Shown in pieces: positions 29,163 through 32,908 of a stretch of DNA of 32,908 nt (its first letter is position 1; each line of letters opens with the position of its first letter). The position numbers and the translations under genes are program-made. This DNA comes from Sanchytrium tribonematis (lineage: Eukaryota). The stretch covers positions 1-32,908 of the forward strand of contig JADGIG010000044.1 of NCBI GenBank assembly GCA_018985235.1, given 5' to 3'. The notes beneath the pieces are model-generated. The model was not told where the DNA came from, searched no databases, and saw only the letters and a list, made by a program, of their open reading frames with translations.

Positions 29163-32100
29163 TTATCGAGTCAATACTCTACTAATTCCATCAATTTTAT
29201 CAGCTGGTCGAGTGCGAATCCCTCCAAAATAACCCCTTTTAAACAAAGATTTCTTCACAAAATCAAATGCAATAATACCCATTCCAGTACCAATAGCAAC
29301 CATCCACACTTGCCATCTAGGTCCCTTTACTCCAAATATATCTTGTAATCCCGGTGTATACAATAATAAGCAACTCACGCCAATACTCCATGGAATACTC
29401 ATAAAATGCGTCTTATTCTTGAAGATTCTAGTCGTATTAATCGTATCAATCTTCAATTTCACAATAAACAAGTCAAATACTTGTGGAAATACGATATTTA
29501 ACCAATACGCACCAGCAGCTTCAGCATATAAAATAGAGTAAATATCATATGTCACATTGTTAATTTGAGTATAATTGCCACTTGCATCCACTGGAAATGT
29601 TCGATTTCCCCATAATTGACTGGGTGAAATATTGTAAAATACATTATTTTGAGTGATTCCCAAATAAAACACCAAAAAGAATGAAATAGTGCCACCAATC
29701 ATTTGAATCAATCCAATTTGAGTATAACTTTGCAACATGAGATTCAAATCAATTAATGAATCATCTTTTTCATTATTTTTAAATGTCCATAATGAATTTG
29801 CAATTTTTTGCAACCATGTTTGATGTGGGCGAGTCACTTGATCAATTCGAAATGATGGGATACGACTTAATGCTCTGGCTTCTTCATCACTATTCACTAC
29901 TAATCGTGCGGGTGGCTTGATGGTGCGTCGTGGATTCTCTTGCATTAAATCATTCTCTTCTGGTTCATTGACGAGTAATATAGCTGGTAATGAGTCAATA
30001 AACAGGTCAATCATGATAATAATCAACGCAGTACACAAAGAAGGTATTGGGAATATGATATATGCGATAAATGACCAATTTTCAGCCACTAAATCAATTT
30101 AAATTACTAATATGCGAAATAGTGTATAAAATGGCCTTTTTAAGATTAGCAAATACCAATCTGCCACTTGCAATACCCTCTACAATTGATGCAAAATCAT
30201 CATCCATTAAAATCATTTTAGCAGCTTCTTTGGACACATCACTTCCAGAAATATTCATGGATATTCCCAAGTCTGCTCGCTTTAGTGCGGGTGCATCATT
30301 CACACCGTCACCTGTAACCGCTACAATATGACCCATAGCTTGTGCACGTGCAACAATTTCTAGTTTTTGAGCAGGGGATGTGCGTGCAAATACGATTTCT
30401 TTTTTAGCCAATATTTTATGCCATTCTCTGTTGCTCATTTGTGATAAATCATCACCATGTACAATCACTGCCTTGTATTCATCTTCACTGATACTCTCAA
30501 TGGGTCTATTGGTGCGTGTGGCTACTTGTAATTTCGTTTCTCCTCTAATTAATCCAACTTGTCTGGCAATAGATTCACAGGTTAATGGATGGTCTCCACT
30601 CACCATATACACTGTAATACCAGCTGTTTGACAACTCGCAATGGCTTTATTCACTCGTGGCTTTGGTGGATCTTGTAATCCAATTAATCCTGTAAATGTT
30701 AATTCACTGGTTAATTCTGATGCATTGAATTCGTTAGATGCTGGCATGGTCTTTGTAGCACACGCCAATACACGCTGTCCTTGAGATGCTAATTGTTTAT
30801 ACGCAGCATTGAATAAATCAATAAATGCGTCATTTTTCAATTTCAACTCATTTTCATGATAAATATGACGACACATTTCTAAGACACGCTCAGGTGCTCC
30901 TTTTAAATACACGACATGTTCGTTATTCTGCTGATGCACAGTTAATGCCCATTTATTACTAGAATTAAATGGAATTTGATAAACAAGGGGAAATACCTGT
31001 TTGATTTCATTTAAATCTATCTGTTGACTGATAAATCGTAAAATACCAGATTCCGTTGCATCTCCCTAACATGAGTATGAATTACTATAATCTTTCTTTT
31101 GTTAATGTCACTACTTGTGTCATTTAAATCAAATTCTGCTTTTCTATTCAATGCACAGCATAATAAGAGGGGATGCTGGTCATTTAATGGCAATTTTGAT
31201 GTGTTGCTGACTTGCAAATGTCCATTTGACTCGGATGATTCACTATTTTGTGGTGGAATCCATAAATCAACCACTGTCATTTTATTTTGAGTCATAGTAC
31301 CTGTTTTATCACTTGCAATTAATGTAACAGCACCCAATGTATCTAATCCTTCAATATCTTTGACTAAAACATTCTTTTTAATTAATCGATTTGCAGAAAT
31401 AGTCAGCATGAACAAGGTGATGGCGGGTAATCCTTGTGGGATATTACCTACAAATATACCAATGAAGAATGTGAAATTAGTGACTACATCTGGATTCTCA
31501 AGCATCCCAATGAGAAAGAATAATCCCCCTAAAACAATCGAGATGAGGGTGATTAATCGAACAAATTTGGAGATTTCTTCATTTAATGGGGATTTTAAAG
31601 TTGATTTGGCATTGGATAATTGAGCAATACTTCCAATCACTGTATCTTTACCTATTTTAATCACTAATCCTGTCATTTCTCCACTCACACATAATGTCCC
31701 AAAAAATGCTAGATTTTCTGCTTCCATTGGATTACTTTTAGTGGTTTTAGTTGATCTAGTCAATGCATCTGCTTCTCCTGTCAATGATGAATTGTCTACT
31801 TTACAAACCACAGATTTAATCACTCGAATATCAGCAGGGATTTTATCACCTTCTTTAATCTGGATCACATCTCCCTTGACTAATTCACGACTAGGGATGA
31901 TGCATAACTTGCCTTCTCTCAATACTGTTGCATTCTGACTAATTAGAGAAGCAAACGATTTCAAAACAGATTGCGTTTTGACTTCTTGGATTGTTTGGAC
32001 TGCAGAGTTGAATGCGACTACAAAGAACAAGACACCTGCTAAATAGTAATTGGAAATAGCATATGAGACTGGAAATGCTTGTAAAATCAGGCATAATGCA

Positions 32101-32426
32101 CCCGCAAATGACAGCAACACATTAAAGGTGCCAAATAAGTAAATGACAAATAAATAAATGGCTGGTGTTTGTTTAGGTGGTTTTAATTCATTATAGCCAT
32201 CTAATTGCCGCTGACTAACTTGATTAGGAGTTAACCCAGTGGTCAAATTGGATTCTAAATAAGAGACTAAATCAGGGAGGGGGACCAAATGTTCAGTAAC
32301 ATCAGCTTGTTTTTTAAGAGTGGGTGAATGCGTAGACGCTTCTTGTTCAAATACCAGTACATCCATATCTTGTAGCTTGTTTGAACTGGCTACAAGCAAC
32401 TCTTCGTCTTTTGAAGAGTTCTGCAT
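29163..32426 (-). CDS. P-type ATPase, P2C (Na+/K+-ATPase alpha-like), 1074 aa; exons 32426-31086, 31065-30108, 30088-29163
   Basis: VDNSSLTGEA, SDKTGTMTQN, GDATE, IPFNS.NKW, KGAPE, DPPK, SGDHPLT, VFARTSPAQKLEIV, TGDGVNDAPALK, EGIASGRLVFANLKKAILY. Two tiny introns join the three track ORFs; spliced length is 3225 nt, in frame. Confidence 0.93.
30089..30107 (-). other. Predicted 19-nt spliceosomal intron
   Basis: ATT A|GTAATTTAAATTGATTTAG|TG GCT gives YTISHIMAENWSF, equivalent to TM5 YTLTSNIPEITPF of animal Na/K-ATPase. Confidence 0.9.
31066..31085 (-). other. Predicted 20-nt spliceosomal intron
   Basis: ATA|GTAATTCATACTCATGTTAG|GGA gives KRKIIGDATESGILRF, restoring the conserved R...GDA(S/T)E motif. 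Confidence 0.9.
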
Positions 32427-32881
32427 TTCAAATTATTTTGGGGAGGCGTTGAGCTTTTATCGCGATGACATGTCCATGTTGAGAGCCAAATGGCAGACGA
32501 TGAGTCATTTTGAGTGGATGGGACTTTGAAACTAAGCCTGATTGGATTAGATATGCGATTACGAGGTTCAATAAGCACTCGCTTCCCACATTTGAGAATG
32601 GGTCAAGTCATGAAGAAAAATTGTAGGAGTACACAAGTTATTTATTACATTGAAGATGCTCAGATTATTAATTTAGAGTCGAAATCTGAGTATTTTCAAA
32701 GATCGGGTGCTTCCGATTATTTTGGATGCGTGTTCTTTTAGAGGACATACTTAGTGTAGAAAGCAGAATTCATTCAAATTCATGGTTTAATTAAAAGTAT
32801 TGGAAATTTCCAAGTTGATTGACAAATGAAATCTGTTTCAAATAAACCGGAGTCAAAATCGATTAAAAATCAACAAAATTG

Positions 32882-32908
32882 TTTTTTTTTTTTTTTTTTT
32901 TTTTTTTT
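32882..32908. repeat. Terminal poly(T) run, at least 27 nt
   Basis: Homopolymer running to the window end. Confidence 0.9.

Noticed and set aside
50..30939. GTG/TTG starts given by the ORF track (for example 50, 2119, 4128, 7845, 11863, 13054, 14944, 18311, 25219, 30939)
   Set aside because: The sequence is eukaryotic. Downstream ATGs give proper signal peptides or conserved N-termini, or the ORF is an internal exon or runs off the window edge.
29163..32426. P-type ATPase as a frameshifted pseudogene or programmed frameshift
   Set aside because: Both breaks coincide with GT-AG segments whose removal restores motif spacing exactly, and catalytic motifs are intact.
32427..32881. Short ORFs 32320..32529, 32390..32578 and 32514..32741
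   Set aside because: No motifs, non-ATG or poor starts, and the region carries promoter-like elements (GATTGG, GATGAGTCAT) of the ATPase.

Overview
This is not a prokaryotic window. It is an AT-rich, very compact eukaryotic segment of about 28 genes in 32.9 kb, most likely from an early-diverging fungus. The evidence is an alpha-aminoadipate-pathway homoaconitase, a Pcl/Pho80-type cyclin, GPI-type surface proteins, hevein-like Cys-rich proteins and a P2C Na/K-like ATPase. A reduced zoosporic parasite such as a sanchytrid is a guess, not a result. Most genes encode secreted or surface proteins in small paralogous clusters: three LRR membrane proteins, three small secreted paralogues, two Glu/Pro-rich GPI proteins, three KR-site two-TM proteins and three Cys-rich proteins. 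The main finding is four GT-AG introns of only 19-20 nt. Removing them repairs the apparent frameshifts in the P-type ATPase and both LRR paralogues and restores conserved motifs. Other signs of streamlining are stop codons fused to AATAAA, 6-18 bp convergent spacers, CCC motifs before ATG, signal peptides of about 8-13 aa, and a homoaconitase with no mitochondrial presequence. Several ORF-track starts are GTG/TTG and were moved to ATG. All calls come from reading motifs by eye; no searches were run.
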